A DNA stretch of 64,000 nt from an uncultured delta proteobacterium (lineage in GTDB: Bacteria; Desulfobacterota; Desulfomonilia; UBA1062). Position numbers and translations under genes: made by a program. The stretch lies in the NCBI GenBank assembly GCA_963798485.1, contig CAWCTR010000004.1, forward strand, positions 64,001-128,000. Direction: 5' to 3'. The notes beneath the pieces were generated by a model that saw only the letters and a list, made by a program, of their open reading frames with translations, made no database searches and was not told where the DNA came from. Shown here in pieces: positions 1-10,608 of the stretch. Position 1 is the first letter of the stretch. Each line of letters starts with the position of its first letter.

Positions 1-3000
1 GAAACGCTCAATGATCCGGGAAAGAATATCACAATAGCAAACAGCAGCACCTTCGGGTCGATAAGTGCGCTTTCTTTAGGCTCGGCAAATGCAGGGGGCG
101 CTATCTCTCTGGCGCCCGGCTCATCGACTGTCGTCGAGGCGTTGTTTACCACAGGAAATATCACCCTGACCGTTGCAAATGGAGCTACTATCAGCCAGGA
201 TGGAACCAGCACCCTTTCTGCGGCAGGCCTCGAACTTCTTGGCGCCGGCACATTCGATCTCACTGCAGGCACGAACGCCATCACCACCCTGGCAGGCAGC
301 GCCGGGACAGTGAGCTTTGCCGATAACAGCGGTTTTGCCATCGGGACGGTGAACACGGTAGGGATGACGACGAGCGGGAACCTGACGTTGAGTACCACGG
401 GTACGGTGACGCAGGGCCAGGCGATCACGGCTTCCGGGCTTGAGCTTTTGGGTACGGGCGGGACATTCACCCTGACGAACACCGGGAATGCCATTACCAC
501 GCTGGCAGGCAACACCGGCACGGTGAGCTTCCTTGAGAACAGCGGTTTTGCCATCGGGACGGTGAACACGGTAGGGATGACGACGAGCGGGAACCTGACG
601 CTGAGTACCACGGGTACGGTGACGCAGGGCCAGGCGATCACGGCCTCCGGGCTTGAGCTTTTGGGTACGGGCGGGACATTCACCCTGACGGATACGGGCA
701 ACGCCATCACCACCCTGGCAGGCAACTCCGGGACAGTGAGCTTTGCCGATAACAGCGGTTTTGCCATCGGGACGGTGAACACGGTAGGGATGACGACGAG
801 CGGGAACCTGACGCTGAGTACCACGGGTACGGTGACGCAGGGCCAGGTGATTACGGCTTCCGGGCTTGAGCTTTTGGGTACGGGTGGGACATTCACCCTG
901 ACGAACACCGGCAACGCCATCACCACCCTGGCAGGCAACACCGGGACAGTGAGCGTTGCCGATAACAGCGGTTTTGCCATCGGGACGGTGAACACGGTAG
1001 GGATGACGACGAGCGGGAACCTGACGCTGAGCACCACGGGCACGGTGACGCAAAGCCAAGCCATTTCTGCCTCCGGGCTTGAGCTTTTGGGTGTGGGCGG
1101 GACATTCACCCTGACGGATACAAACAATGCCATCACCACGCTGGCAGGCAACACCGGCACGGTGAGATTCCTTGAGAACAGCGGTTTTGCCATCGGGACG
1201 GTGAACACGGTAGGGATGACGACAAGCGGGAACCTGACGTTGAGTACCACGGGTACGGTGACGCAGGGCCAGGCGATCACGGCTTCCGGGCTTGAGCTTT
1301 TGGGTACGGGCGGGACATTCACCCTGACGGATACGGGCAACGCCATCACCACCCTGGCAGGCAACTCCGGGACAGTGAGCTTTGCCGATAACAGCGGTTT
1401 TGCCATCGGGACGGTGAACACGGTAGGGATGACGACGAGCGGGAACCTGACGCTGAGTACCACGGGTACGGTGACGCAGGGCCAGGCGATCACGGCTTCC
1501 GGGCTTGAGCTTTTGGGTACGGGCGGGACATTCACCCTGACGGATACGGGCAACGCCATCACCACCCTGGCAGGCAACTCCGGGACAGTGAGCTTTGCCG
1601 ATAACAGCGGTTTTGCCATCGGGACGGTGAACACGGTAGGGATGACGACGAGCGGGAACCTGACGCTGAGTACCACGGGTACGGTGACGCAGGGCCAGGC
1701 GATCACGGCTTCCGGGCTTGAGCTTTTGGGTGTGGGCGGGACATTCACCCTGACGGATACAAACAATGCCATCACCACGCTGGCAGGCAACACCGGCACG
1801 GTGAGCTTCCTTGAGAACAGCGGTTTTGCCATCGGGACGGTGAACACGGTAGGGATGACGACGAGCGGGAACCTGACGTTGAGTACCACGGGTACGGTGA
1901 CGCAGGGCCAGGCGATCACGGCTTCCGGGCTTGAGCTTTTGGGTACGGGCGGGACATTCACCCTGACGAACACCGGCAATGCCATCACCACCCTGGCAGG
2001 TAACACGGGGACGGTGAGCTATCGAAATTCAGGTGCACTACAGATTGGGACTGTCAATACCGCAGGCTTCAGCACTACGGGCGACCTGTCTCTTACTGCA
2101 GGAGGGACCATATCCCAGGCAGTGGATGCCCCACTCATAATCGGCGGCAACCTCTCCCTGACCACCACCCATAATGCAGGGGACGTGACCATCAACAATA
2201 CGGGTGCTTCAGCCACTGTTATCGGAAATACCCTTGTAGGCGGCGATTACACGCTGACCGCCACTGGAGACGCCATCAGCCAGGCATCAGGCACCAGCGC
2301 CAAGGTCGCCGGGACATTCTCGCCGACAGGCTCTTCAGTCAGTATGGGAAACACCGGCAATATCTTCGGTGCATACTCCGGTACCAGCGGCAGCGGCACC
2401 GATCAGAGCATCATTCAGGCTGGGGTTATCCACCTCGATACCATGAATGTAACCGGAAATCTGACGGTCATCAGCGAGGCGAGCAGTGAAAGCTTTAATG
2501 GGTCCACGATCCACGGTGATGCCATTAACCTGAACAATGCATCGAACTCCATAGGCGGTTCAATCACTGTTACCACCGTGGCGCCCGCAATTACCACCGG
2601 TGCCGATCAACAGACAGGCATTGATCAAAAAGCGGGCACAACCCTTACAATAGCAGGTGAGGCCAACTTCACCGCTTCACCGAGTTCCGTGGCAGGCAGC
2701 GGTGTCATCGACCTGACGAACACCGGCAACTCTTTCGGCTCCCTCAAGGTCAACGGCACATCGATTGATGTCAAGACCACAGGTCCTGTAAGCATCGGCG
2801 AAGTTCAGGCCGGCACGCATTTTATTCTTGATGCAGGGGGTGCGGTCACACAGACAGGGGTTATCACCACACCGCTTTTGGGTATAACCTCTTCAGGGGC
2901 GGTGACCCTAAACGGAACGAACTATTGCGATACCATCGCGATAATCGCAAACGGGAACATTGCCTTTACCAATGCATCAGGTTTCGCAATCGGTACCGTG

Positions 3001-6000
3001 GGCGGCATCTCCGGGATAAATTCCAATGGCAACAACCTGACCCTGGTTACCGGCGGAAGCGGTGACATAACCCAGTCCGCAGCCCTTCAAAATGTGAACG
3101 CACTTTCAGTGAGCGCAGGCGGGGCTGTTGTACTGGACGGCAGTAATACCATTACATCCATAGGCGCAGTAACGGCGGGAAGCGGCATTAACATCATTGA
3201 CACAGCCGGCGGGCTCACTGCAACCGGCATTGTACAAGCCACCACGGGAGACATTACGATCCGTACCACGGGGGACCTCACCCTGAACAGCGGCTGCAGT
3301 ATCACGGCTACAGACGGTAATATCGTGCTTTCCGCTGAAGGCACCGGCGGACACTTCATCAACAATGCCGGTGCAGACGTGCTCACCGCCGGAACAGGGA
3401 GTCGCTGGCTGGTTTACATAGACAGCATGACAGGCAACACCTTTGGCAACCTTGACAGCGCAAACACCGCTGTCTGGAATGCCACCTACGGCACCTACGC
3501 ACCGGGCAGCGTTACCCAGACAGGTGACCGTTATCTGTTCAACTATCAGCCCACGGCCACCTTAACCGGCAATACACAGCACAAAACCTACGGCGACACA
3601 GTGGATTTGACGAATGCCTACAGTGTCAGCGGACTCGAACCGGGTGTTGCAAATGCCTATCTGGCCGATACGGCAGCAACGGCATACAGCGGAGTTCCCT
3701 CTCTTACGTCTGCCGGCGCCGCGGCTACGGCTAATGTAAGCGGTTCACCCTATGACATCGTTCTCAGTAATGCACCTACCGGCATAAACGGCTACGCCGT
3801 TGTCCTGGCAAACGGGTCACTGATCATCGACAAGCGGACGCTGACCGTCACGGCCACGGGGAACAACAAGGTATATAACGGGCTGACGGGAGCCACGGTG
3901 ACGCTGGGAGACAACCGGGTATCGGGAGACACGCTGAGTCTGAGCTATGGGACTGCTGACTTCGTGAACAAGAACGTGGGTACGGGCAAGACCGTGAACG
4001 TGAGCGGGATAACGGTGGGCGGAGCTGACGCCGGGAACTACACCTACAACACGACCACGAGCACCACGGCGGACATAACGGCAGCGACGCTGACCGTCAC
4101 GGCCACGGGGAACAACAAGGTATATAACGGGCTGACGGGAGCCACGGTAGTGTACGGAGACAACCGGATAGCGGGAGACACGCTGACGATCGGCGGGACG
4201 GCGGCATTCCTTGACAAGAACGTGGGCACGGGCAAGACCGTGAACGTGAGCGGGATAACGGTGGGCGGAGCTGACGCCGGGAACTACACCTACAACACGA
4301 CCACGAGCACCACGGCGGACATAACGGCAGCGACGCTGACCGTCACGGCCACGGGGAACAACAAGGTATATAACGGGCTGACGGGAGCCACGGTAGTGTA
4401 CGGAGACAACCGGATAGCGGGAGACACGCTGACGATCGGCGGGACGGCGGCATTCCTTGACAAGAACGTGGGCACGGGCAAGACCGTGAACGTGAGCGGG
4501 ATAACGGTGGGCGGAGCTGACGCCGGGAACTACACCTACAACACGACCACGAGCACCACGGCGGACATAACGGCAGCGACGCTGACCGTCACGGCCACGG
4601 GGAACAACAAGGTATATAACGGGCTGACGGGAGCCACGGTGACGCTGGGAGACAACCGGGTATCGGGAGACACGCTGAGTCTGAGCTATGGGACTGCTGA
4701 CTTCGTGAACAAGAACGTGGGTACGGGCAAGACCGTGAACGTGAGCGGGATAACGGTGGGCGGAGCTGACGCCGGGAACTACACCTACAACACGACCACG
4801 AGCACCACGGCGGACATAACGGCAGCGACGCTGACCGTCACGGCCGCGGGGAACAACAAGGTATATGACGGGCTGACGGGAGCCACGGTAGTGTACGGAG
4901 ACAACCGGATAGCGGGAGACACGCTGACGATCGGCGGGACGGCGGCATTCCTTGACAAGAACGTGGGCACGGGCAAGACCGTGAACGTGAGCGGGATAAC
5001 GGTGGGCGGAGCTGACGCCGGGAACTACACCTACAACACGACCACGAGCACCACGGCGGACATAACGGCAGCGACGCTGACCGTCACGGCCACGGGGAAC
5101 AACAAGGTATATAACGGGCTGACGGGAGCCACGGTGACGCTGGGAGACAACCGGGTATCGGGAGACACGCTGAGTCTGAGCTATGGGACTGCTGACTTCG
5201 TGAACAAGAACGTGGGTACGGGCAAGACCGTGAACGTGAGCGGGATAACGGTGGGCGGAGCTGACGCCGGGAACTACACCTACAACACGACCACGAGCAC
5301 CACGGCGGACATAACGGCAGCGACGCTGACCGTCACGGCCACGGGGAACAACAAGGTATATAACGGGCTGACGGGAGCCACGGTAGTGTACGGAGACAAC
5401 CGGATAGCGGGAGACACGCTGACGATCGGCGGGACGGCGGCATTCCTTGACAAGAACGTGGGCACGGGCAAGACCGTGAACGTGAGCGGGATAACGGTGG
5501 GCGGAGCTGACGCCGGGAACTACACCTACAACACGACCACGAGCACCACGGCGGACATAACGGCAGCGACGCTGACCGTCACGGCCGCGGGGAACAACAA
5601 GGTATATAACGGGCTGACGGGAGCCACGGTAGTGTACGGAGACAACCGGATAGCGGGAGACACGCTGACGATCGGCGGGACGGCGGCATTCCTTGACAAG
5701 AACGTGGGCACGGGCAAGACCGTGAACGTGAGCGGGATAACGGTGGGCGGAGCTGACGCCGGGAACTACACCTACAACACGACCACGAGCACCACGGCGG
5801 ACATAACGGCAGCGACGCTGACCGTCACGGCCACGGGGAACAACAAGGTATATAACGGGCTGACGGGAGCCACGGTGACGCTGGGAGACAACCGGGTATC
5901 GGGAGACACGCTGAGTCTGAGCTATGGGACTGCTGACTTTGTGAACAAGAACGTGGGTACGGGCAAGACCGTGAACGTGAGCGGGATAACGGTGGGCGGA

Positions 6001-9000
6001 GCTGACGCCGGGAACTACACCTACAACACGACCACGAGCACCACGGCGGACATAACGGCAGCGACGCTGACGATCACGGCCGCGGGGAACAACAAGGTAT
6101 ATGACGGGCTGACGGGAGCCACGGTAGTGTACGGAGACAACCGGATAGCGGGAGACACGCTGACGATCGGCGGGACGGCGGCATTCCTTGACAAGAACGT
6201 GGGTACGGGCAAGACCGTGAACGTGAGCGGGATAACGGTGGGCGGAGCTGACGCCGGGAACTACACCTACAACACGACCACGAGCACCACGGCGGACATA
6301 ACGGCAGCGACGCTGACCGTCACGGCCGCGGGGAACAACAAGGTATATGACGGGCTGACGGGAGCCACGGTAGTGTACGGAGACAACCGGATAGCGGGAG
6401 ACACGCTGACGATCGGCGGGACGGCGGCATTCCTTGACAAGAACGTGGGCACGGGCAAGACCGTGAACGTGAGCGGGATAACGGTGGGCGGAGCTGACGC
6501 CGGGAACTACACCTACAACACGACCACGAGCACCACGGCGGACATAACGGCAGCGACGCTGACCGTCACGGCCACGGGGAACAACAAGGTATATAACGGG
6601 CTGACGGGAGCCACGGTGACGCTGGGAGACAACCGGGTATCGGGAGACACGCTGAGTCTGAGCTATGGGACTGCTGACTTCGTGAACAAGAACGTGGGTA
6701 CGGGCAAGACCGTGAACGTGAGCGGGATAACGGTGGGCGGAGCTGATGCCGGGAACTACACCTACAACACGACCACGAGCACCACGGCGGACATAACGGC
6801 AGCGACACTGACGATCACGGCCGCGGGGAACAACAAGGTATATGACGGGCTGACGGGAGCCACGGTAGTGTACGGAGACAACCGGATAGCGGGAGACACG
6901 CTGACGATCGGCGGGACGGCGGCATTCCTTGACAAGAACGTGGGCACGGGCAAGACCGTGAACGTGAGCGGGATAACGGTGGGCGGAGCTGACGCCGGGA
7001 ACTACACCTACAACACGACCACGAGCACCACGGCGGACATAACGGCAGCGACGCTGACCGTCACGGCCGCGGGGAACAACAAGGTATATGACGGGCTGAC
7101 GGGAGCCACGGTAGTGTACGGAGACAACCGGATAGCGGGAGACACGCTGACGATCGGCGGGACGGCGGCATTCCTTGACAAGAACGTGGGTACGGGCAAG
7201 ACCGTGAACGTGAGCGGGATAACGGTGGGCGGAGCTGACGCCGGGAACTACACCTACAACACGACCACGAGCACCACGGCGGACATAACGGCAGCGACGC
7301 TGACCGTCACGGCCACGGGGAACAACAAGGTATATAACGGGCTGACGGGAGCCACGGTGACGCTGGGAGACAACCGGGTATCGGGAGACACGCTGAGTCT
7401 GAGCTATGGGACTGCTGACTTCGTGAACAAGAACGTGGGTATGGGCAAGACCGTGAACGTGAGCGGGATAACGGTGGGCGGAGCTGATGCCGGGAACTAC
7501 ACCTACAACACGACCACGAGCACCACGGCGGACATAACGGCAGCGACACTGACGATCACGGCCGCGGGGAACAACAAGGTATATGACGGGCTGACGGGAG
7601 CCACGGTAGTGTACGGAGACAACCGGATAGCGGGAGACACGCTGACGATCGGCGGGACGGCGGCATTCCTTGACAAGAACGTGGGTACGGGCAAGACCGT
7701 GAACGTGAGCGGGATAACGGTGGGCGGAGCTGACGCCGGGAACTACACCTACAACACGACCACGAGCACCACGGCGGACATAACGGCAGCGACGCTGACC
7801 GTCACGGCCGCGGGGAACAACAAGGTATATGACGGGCTGACGGGAGCCACGGTAGTGTACGGAGACAACCGGATAGCGGGAGACACGCTGACGATCGGCG
7901 GGACGGCGGCATTCCTTGACAAGAACGTGGGCACGGGCAAGACCGTGAACGTGAGCGGGATAACGGTGGGCGGAGCTGACGCCGGGAACTACACCTACAA
8001 CACGACCACGAGCACCACGGCGGACATAACGGCAGCGACGCTGACCGTCACGGCCACGGGGAACAACAAGGTATATAACGGGCTGACGGGAGCCACGGTG
8101 ACGCTGGGAGACAACCGGGTATCGGGAGACACGCTGAGTCTGAGCTATGGGACTGCTGACTTCGTGAACAAGAACGTGGGTACGGGCAAGACCGTGAACG
8201 TGAGCGGGATAACGGTGGGCGGAGCTGACGCCGGGAACTACACCTACAACACGACCACGAGCACCACGGCGGACATAACGGCAGCGACACTGACGATCAC
8301 GGCCGCGGGGAACAACAAGGTATATGACGGGCTGACGGGAGCCACGGTAGTGTACGGAGACAACCGGATAGCGGGAGACACGCTGACGATCGGCGGGACG
8401 GCGGCATTCCTTGACAAGAACGTGGGTACGGGCAAGACCGTGAACGTGAGCGGGATAACGGTGGGCGGAGCTGACGCCGGGAACTACACCTACAACACGA
8501 CCACGAGCACCACGGCGGACATAACGGCAGCGACGCTGACCGTCACGGCCGCGGGGAACAACAAGGTATATGACGGGCTGACGGGAGCCACGGTAGTGTA
8601 CGGAGACAACCGGATAGCGGGAGACACGCTGACGATCGGCGGGACGGCGGCATTCCTTGACAAGAACGTGGGCACGGGCAAGACCGTGAACGTGAGCGGG
8701 ATAACGGTGGGCGGAGCTGACGCCGGGAACTACACCTACAACACGACCACGAGCACCACGGCGGACATAACGGCAGCGACGCTGACCGTCACGGCCACGG
8801 GGAACAACAAGGTATATAACGGGCTGACGGGAGCCACGGTGACGCTGGGAGACAACCGGGTATCGGGAGACACGCTGAGTCTGAGCTATGGGACTGCTGA
8901 CTTCGTGAACAAGAACGTGGGTACGGGCAAGACCGTGAACGTGAGCGGGATAACGGTGGGCGGAGCTGACGCCGGGAACTACACCTACAACACGACCACG

Positions 9001-10599
9001 AGCACCACGGCGGACATAACGGCAGCGACGCTGACCGTCACGGCCGCGGGGAACAACAAGGTATATGACGGGCTGACGGGAGCCACGGTAGTGTACGGAG
9101 ACAACCGGATAGCGGGAGACACGCTGACGATCGGCGGGACGGCGGCATTCCTTGACAAGAACGTGGGTACGGGCAAGACCGTGAACGTGAGCGGGATAAC
9201 GGTGGGCGGAGCTGACGCCGGGAACTACACCTACAATACGACCACGAGCACCACTGCGAACATTACAACTGCGACAATCACGATTTCGAACGCCAGCGGA
9301 TTGGATAAGGTTTATGACGGGACAACTGCGCTTCCATCAGGATCCCCCGGTTTCTCTTACAGCGGGATCATAAGCGGAGACACCGTGGTGTTCAGCGCAT
9401 CAGGGGCAGCCTATGGCAGCAAGGATGTCGGCTCCTACACGCTCACTATTACCGGCATCTCCCTGGGCGGAGCAGACGCAGGCAACTACACCCTCTCTTC
9501 AACCAGTGCCACCAGTCATGGCTCGATCAGTGCTCGTCCCGTAACTGTCACTCCGACTGTGGGCCAGGGAAAGGTATATGGAAATGCCGACCCGGTATTA
9601 ACCTATACGACATCCAGTCTCGTCGCCGGCGATTCGATATCAATAAGCTTGACGAGGCAATCCGGTGAGAACGCAGGGAATTATGCAATAACGTTAGGTG
9701 CTGCCGGCAACAGCAATTATACTGTAACAGTTGGGAACGGAACGTTTACCATCACACCTGCCATACTGACCTATACCGCCAACTCCGCAAACCGAATCTA
9801 TGGGGCAGTAAACCCGACCCTGAGCGGAACGGTGACCGGGTTCAAAAGCGGAGACACCCTTGCATCGGCCACAACCGGTACACTTGTGTTTACCAGTGGC
9901 GCAACAGCAACAAGCAATGTCGGGAGCTACAGCATCAATGGCGGCGGGCTCACTGCCAACCATGGCAACTATACCTTTGTGCAGGCTAATGGTAATGCAC
10001 AGGCCCTCACTATTACCTCGGCACCATTGACGATCACGGCAGATAACAAGTCACGTGGTTATGGCCAAGAAAATCCTTCCCTTACTTACGCAGCCCAAGG
10101 CTTTGTATTGGGACAGGATGTCTCTGTGATCAACGGATTCACAATAACCACCACGGCAACAGAAACAACCAATCCAGGCAAATACCCGATTACCATGTCG
10201 GGGTCGTCTTCGAACTATGCGATCACGTTTGTGGACGGCACCTTGACAATAACATTGCCATCCATTGTAATCGGAGGTACAACCTATCAGGTCATTGCCC
10301 TTAATGGAACGCCCGTGCTTTCATCGAGTTACGCGGTCGTTGAAAATAATAACCATCTCTCCCTTGTTGATCTCAACGGAGGGCCGAATCAAGAATCCGT
10401 TGAACAGCAGGTCAGCAGGGATTTGGGGCAGGAGACCAGGCATGATACGAACATCATGGCGGGTGCTATCGTGATATCCTACGACAAGTCGGTGAAAGGC
10501 GTCATCGTATCTGGTATAATGGGGTATGAATCAAGCTATGATGTCCTGGGGACAACATCTTATGAAGAGCGTAAGCCAAAGATATTCGGGGGCCAGTAA
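1..10599 (+). CDS. Giant filamentous-haemagglutinin/TpsA-like adhesin with beta-helical repeats, YDG-type repeats and MBG-like domains (5' end outside window)
   Basis: Frame 1 is open from base 1 to the stop at 10599. T/G/N-rich, with NKVY(D/N)G...DAGNY (YDG-type) repeats and K(V/R)YG.ADP MBG-like units. A TpsB transporter gene lies immediately downstream. Confidence 0.9.
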   Translation, partial: ETLNDPGKNITIANSSTFGSISALSLGSANAGGAISLAPGSSTVVEALFTTGNITLTVANGATISQDGTSTLSAAGLELLGAGTFDLTAGTNAITTLAGSAGTVSFADNSGFAIGTVNTVGMTTSGNLTLSTTGTVTQGQAITASGLELLGTGGTFTLTNTGNAITTLAGNTGTVSFLENSGFAIGTVNTVGMTTSGNLTLSTTGTVTQGQAITASGLELLGTGGTFTLTDTGNAITTLAGNSGTVSFADNSGFAIGTVNTVGMTTSGNLTLSTTGTVTQGQVITASGLELLGTGGTFTLTNTGNAITTLAGNTGTVSVADNSGFAIGTVNTVGMTTSGNLTLSTTGTVTQSQAISASGLELLGVGGTFTLTDTNNAITTLAGNTGTVRFLENSGFAIGTVNTVGMTTSGNLTLSTTGTVTQGQAITASGLELLGTGGTFTLTDTGNAITTLAGNSGTVSFADNSGFAIGTVNTVGMTTSGNLTLSTTGTVTQGQAITASGLELLGTGGTFTLTDTGNAITTLAGNSGTVSFADNSGFAIGTVNTVGMTTSGNLTLSTTGTVTQGQAITASGLELLGVGGTFTLTDTNNAITTLAGNTGTVSFLENSGFAIGTVNTVGMTTSGNLTLSTTGTVTQGQAITASGLELLGTGGTFTLTNTGNAITTLAGNTGTVSYRNSGALQIGTVNTAGFSTTGDLSLTAGGTISQAVDAPLIIGGNLSLTTTHNAGDVTINNTGASATVIGNTLVGGDYTLTATGDAISQASGTSAKVAGTFSPTGSSVSMGNTGNIFGAYSGTSGSGTDQSIIQAGVIHLDTMNVTGNLTVISEASSESFNGSTIHGDAINLNNASNSIGGSITVTTVAPAITTGADQQTGIDQKAGTTLTIAGEANFTASPSSVAGSGVIDLTNTGNSFGSLKVNGTSIDVKTTGPVSIGEVQAGTHFILDAGGAVTQTGVITTPLLGITSSGAVTLNGTNYCDTIAIIANGNIAFTNASGFAIGTVGGISGINSNGNNLTLVTGGSGDITQSAALQNVNALSVSAGGAVVLDGSNTITSIGAVTAGSGINIIDTAGGLTATGIVQATTGDITIRTTGDLTLNSGCSITATDGNIVLSAEGTGGHFINNAGADVLTAGTGSRWLVYIDSMTGNTFGNLDSANTAVWNATYGTYAPGSVTQTGDRYLFNYQPTATLTGNTQHKTYGDTVDLTNAYSVSGLEPGVANAYLADTAATAYSGVPSLTSAGAAATANVSGSPYDIVLSNAPTGINGYAVVLANGSLIIDKRTLTVTATGNNKVYNGLTGATVTLGDNRVSGDTLSLSYGTADFVNKNVGTGKTVNVSGITVGGADAGNYTYNTTTSTTADITAATLTVTATGNNKVYNGLTGATVVYGDNRIAGDTLTIGGTAAFLDKNVGTGKTVNVSGITVGGADAGNYTYNTTTSTTADITAATLTVTATGNNKVYNGLTGATVVYGDNRIAGDTLTIGGTAAFLDKNVGTGKTVNVSGITVGGADAGNYTYNTTTSTTADITAATLTVTATGNNKVYNGLTGATVTLGDNRVSGDTLSLSYGTADFVNKNVGTGKTVNVSGITVGGADAGNYTYNTTTSTTADITAATLTVTAAGNNKVYDGLTGATVVYGDNRIAGDTLTIGGTAAFLDKNVGTGKTVNVSGITVGGADAGNYTYNTTTSTTADITAATLTVTATGNNKVYNGLTGATVTLGDNRVSGDTLSLSYGTADFVNKNVGTGKTVNVSGITVGGADAGNYTYNTTTSTTADITAATLTVTATGNNKVYNGLTGATVVYGDNRIAGDTLTIGGTAAFLDKNVGTGKTVNVSGITVGGADAGNYTYNTTTSTTADITAATLTVTAAGNNKVYNGLTGATVVYGDNRIAGDTLTIGGTAAFLDKNVGTGKTVNVSGITVGGADAGNYTYNTTTSTTADITAATLTVTATGNNKVYNGLTGATVTLGDNRVSGDTLSLSYGTADFVNKNVGTGKTVNVSGITVGGADAGNYTYNTTTSTTADITAATLTITAAGNNKVYDGLTGATVVYGDNRIAGDTLTIGGTAAFLDKNVGTGKTVNVSGITVGGADAGNYTYNTTTSTTADITAATLTVTAAGNNKVYDGLTGATVVYGDNRIAGDTLTIGGTAAFLDKNVGTGKTVNVSGITVGGADAGNYTYNTTTSTTADITAATLTVTATGNNKVYNGLTGATVTLGDNRVSGDTLSLSYGTADFVNKNVGTGKTVNVSGITVGGADAGNYTYNTTTSTTADITAATLTITAAGNNKVYDGLTGATVVYGDNRIAGDTLTIGGTAAFLDKNVGTGKTVNVSGITVGGADAGNYTYNTTTSTTADITAATLTVTAAGNNKVYDGLTGATVVYGDNRIAGDTLTIGGTAAFLDKNVGTGKTVNVSGITVGGADAGNYTYNTTTSTTADITAATLTVTATGNNKVYNGLTGATVTLGDNRVSGDTLSLSYGTADFVNKNVGMGKTVNVSGITVGGADAGNYTYNTTTSTTADITAATLTITAAGNNKVYDGLTGATVVYGDNRIAGDTLTIGGTAAFLDKNVGTGKTVNVSGITVGGADAGNYTYNTTTSTTADITAATLTVTAAGNNKVYDGLTGATVVYGDNRIAGDTLTIGGTAAFLDKNVGTGKTVNVSGITVGGADAGNYTYNTTTSTTADITAATLTVTATGNNKVYNGLTGATVTLGDNRVSGDTLSLSYGTADFVNKNVGTGKTVNVSGITVGGADAGNYTYNTTTSTTADITAATLTITAAGNNKVYDGLTGATVVYGDNRIAGDTLTIGGTAAFLDKNVGTGKTVNVSGITVGGADAGNYTYNTTTSTTADITAATLTVTAAGNNKVYDGLTGATVVYGDNRIAGDTLTIGGTAAFLDKNVGTGKTVNVSGITVGGADAGNYTYNTTTSTTADITAATLTVTATGNNKVYNGLTGATVTLGDNRVSGDTLSLSYGTADFVNKNVGTGKTVNVSGITVGGADAGNYTYNTTTSTTADITAATLTVTAAGNNKVYDGLTGATVVYGDNRIAGDTLTIGGTAAFLDKNVGTGKTVNVSGITVGGADAGNYTYNTTTSTTANITTATITISNASGLDKVYDGTTALPSGSPGFSYSGIISGDTVVFSASGAAYGSKDVGSYTLTITGISLGGADAGNYTLSSTSATSHGSISARPVTVTPTVGQGKVYGNADPVLTYTTSSLVAGDSISISLTRQSGENAGNYAITLGAAGNSNYTVTVGNGTFTITPAILTYTANSANRIYGAVNPTLSGTVTGFKSGDTLASATTGTLVFTSGATATSNVGSYSINGGGLTANHGNYTFVQANGNAQALTITSAPLTITADNKSRGYGQENPSLTYAAQGFVLGQDVSVINGFTITTTATETTNPGKYPITMSGSSSNYAITFVDGTLTITLPSIVIGGTTYQVIALNGTPVLSSSYAVVENNNHLSLVDLNGGPNQESVEQQVSRDLGQETRHDTNIMAGAIVISYDKSVKGVIVSGIMGYESSYDVLGTTSYEERKPKIFGGQ
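274..2019 (+). repeat. Intragenic tandem array: 8 near-identical 213-bp (71-aa) units plus a degenerate ninth
   Basis: GGTTTTGCCATCGGGACG recurs at 331, 544, 757 and onward to 1822 with a 213-bp period. Confidence 0.95.
3838..9277 (+). repeat. Intragenic tandem array of 22 YDG-type units: 8 type A (249 bp) and 14 type B (246 bp)
   Basis: A contains VTLGDNRVSGDTLSLSYGTADF; B contains VVYGDNRIAGDTLTIGGTAAF. Order is ABB AB ABB ABB ABB ABB ABB AB. Confidence 0.95.
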
Positions 10600-10608
10600 A
10601 CGGTACCT

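Noticed and set aside
121-9176. Many repeated minus-strand ORFs (63-80 aa, and the 312-aa ORF at 121-1059)
   Set aside because: They are antisense shadows of the adhesin repeats; they recur exactly with the repeat period.
3838-9277. Possible CRISPR array or DGR-like repeats
   Set aside because: The units are 246/249 bp, in frame and coding, with no unique spacers. No cas or reverse transcriptase genes are in the window.
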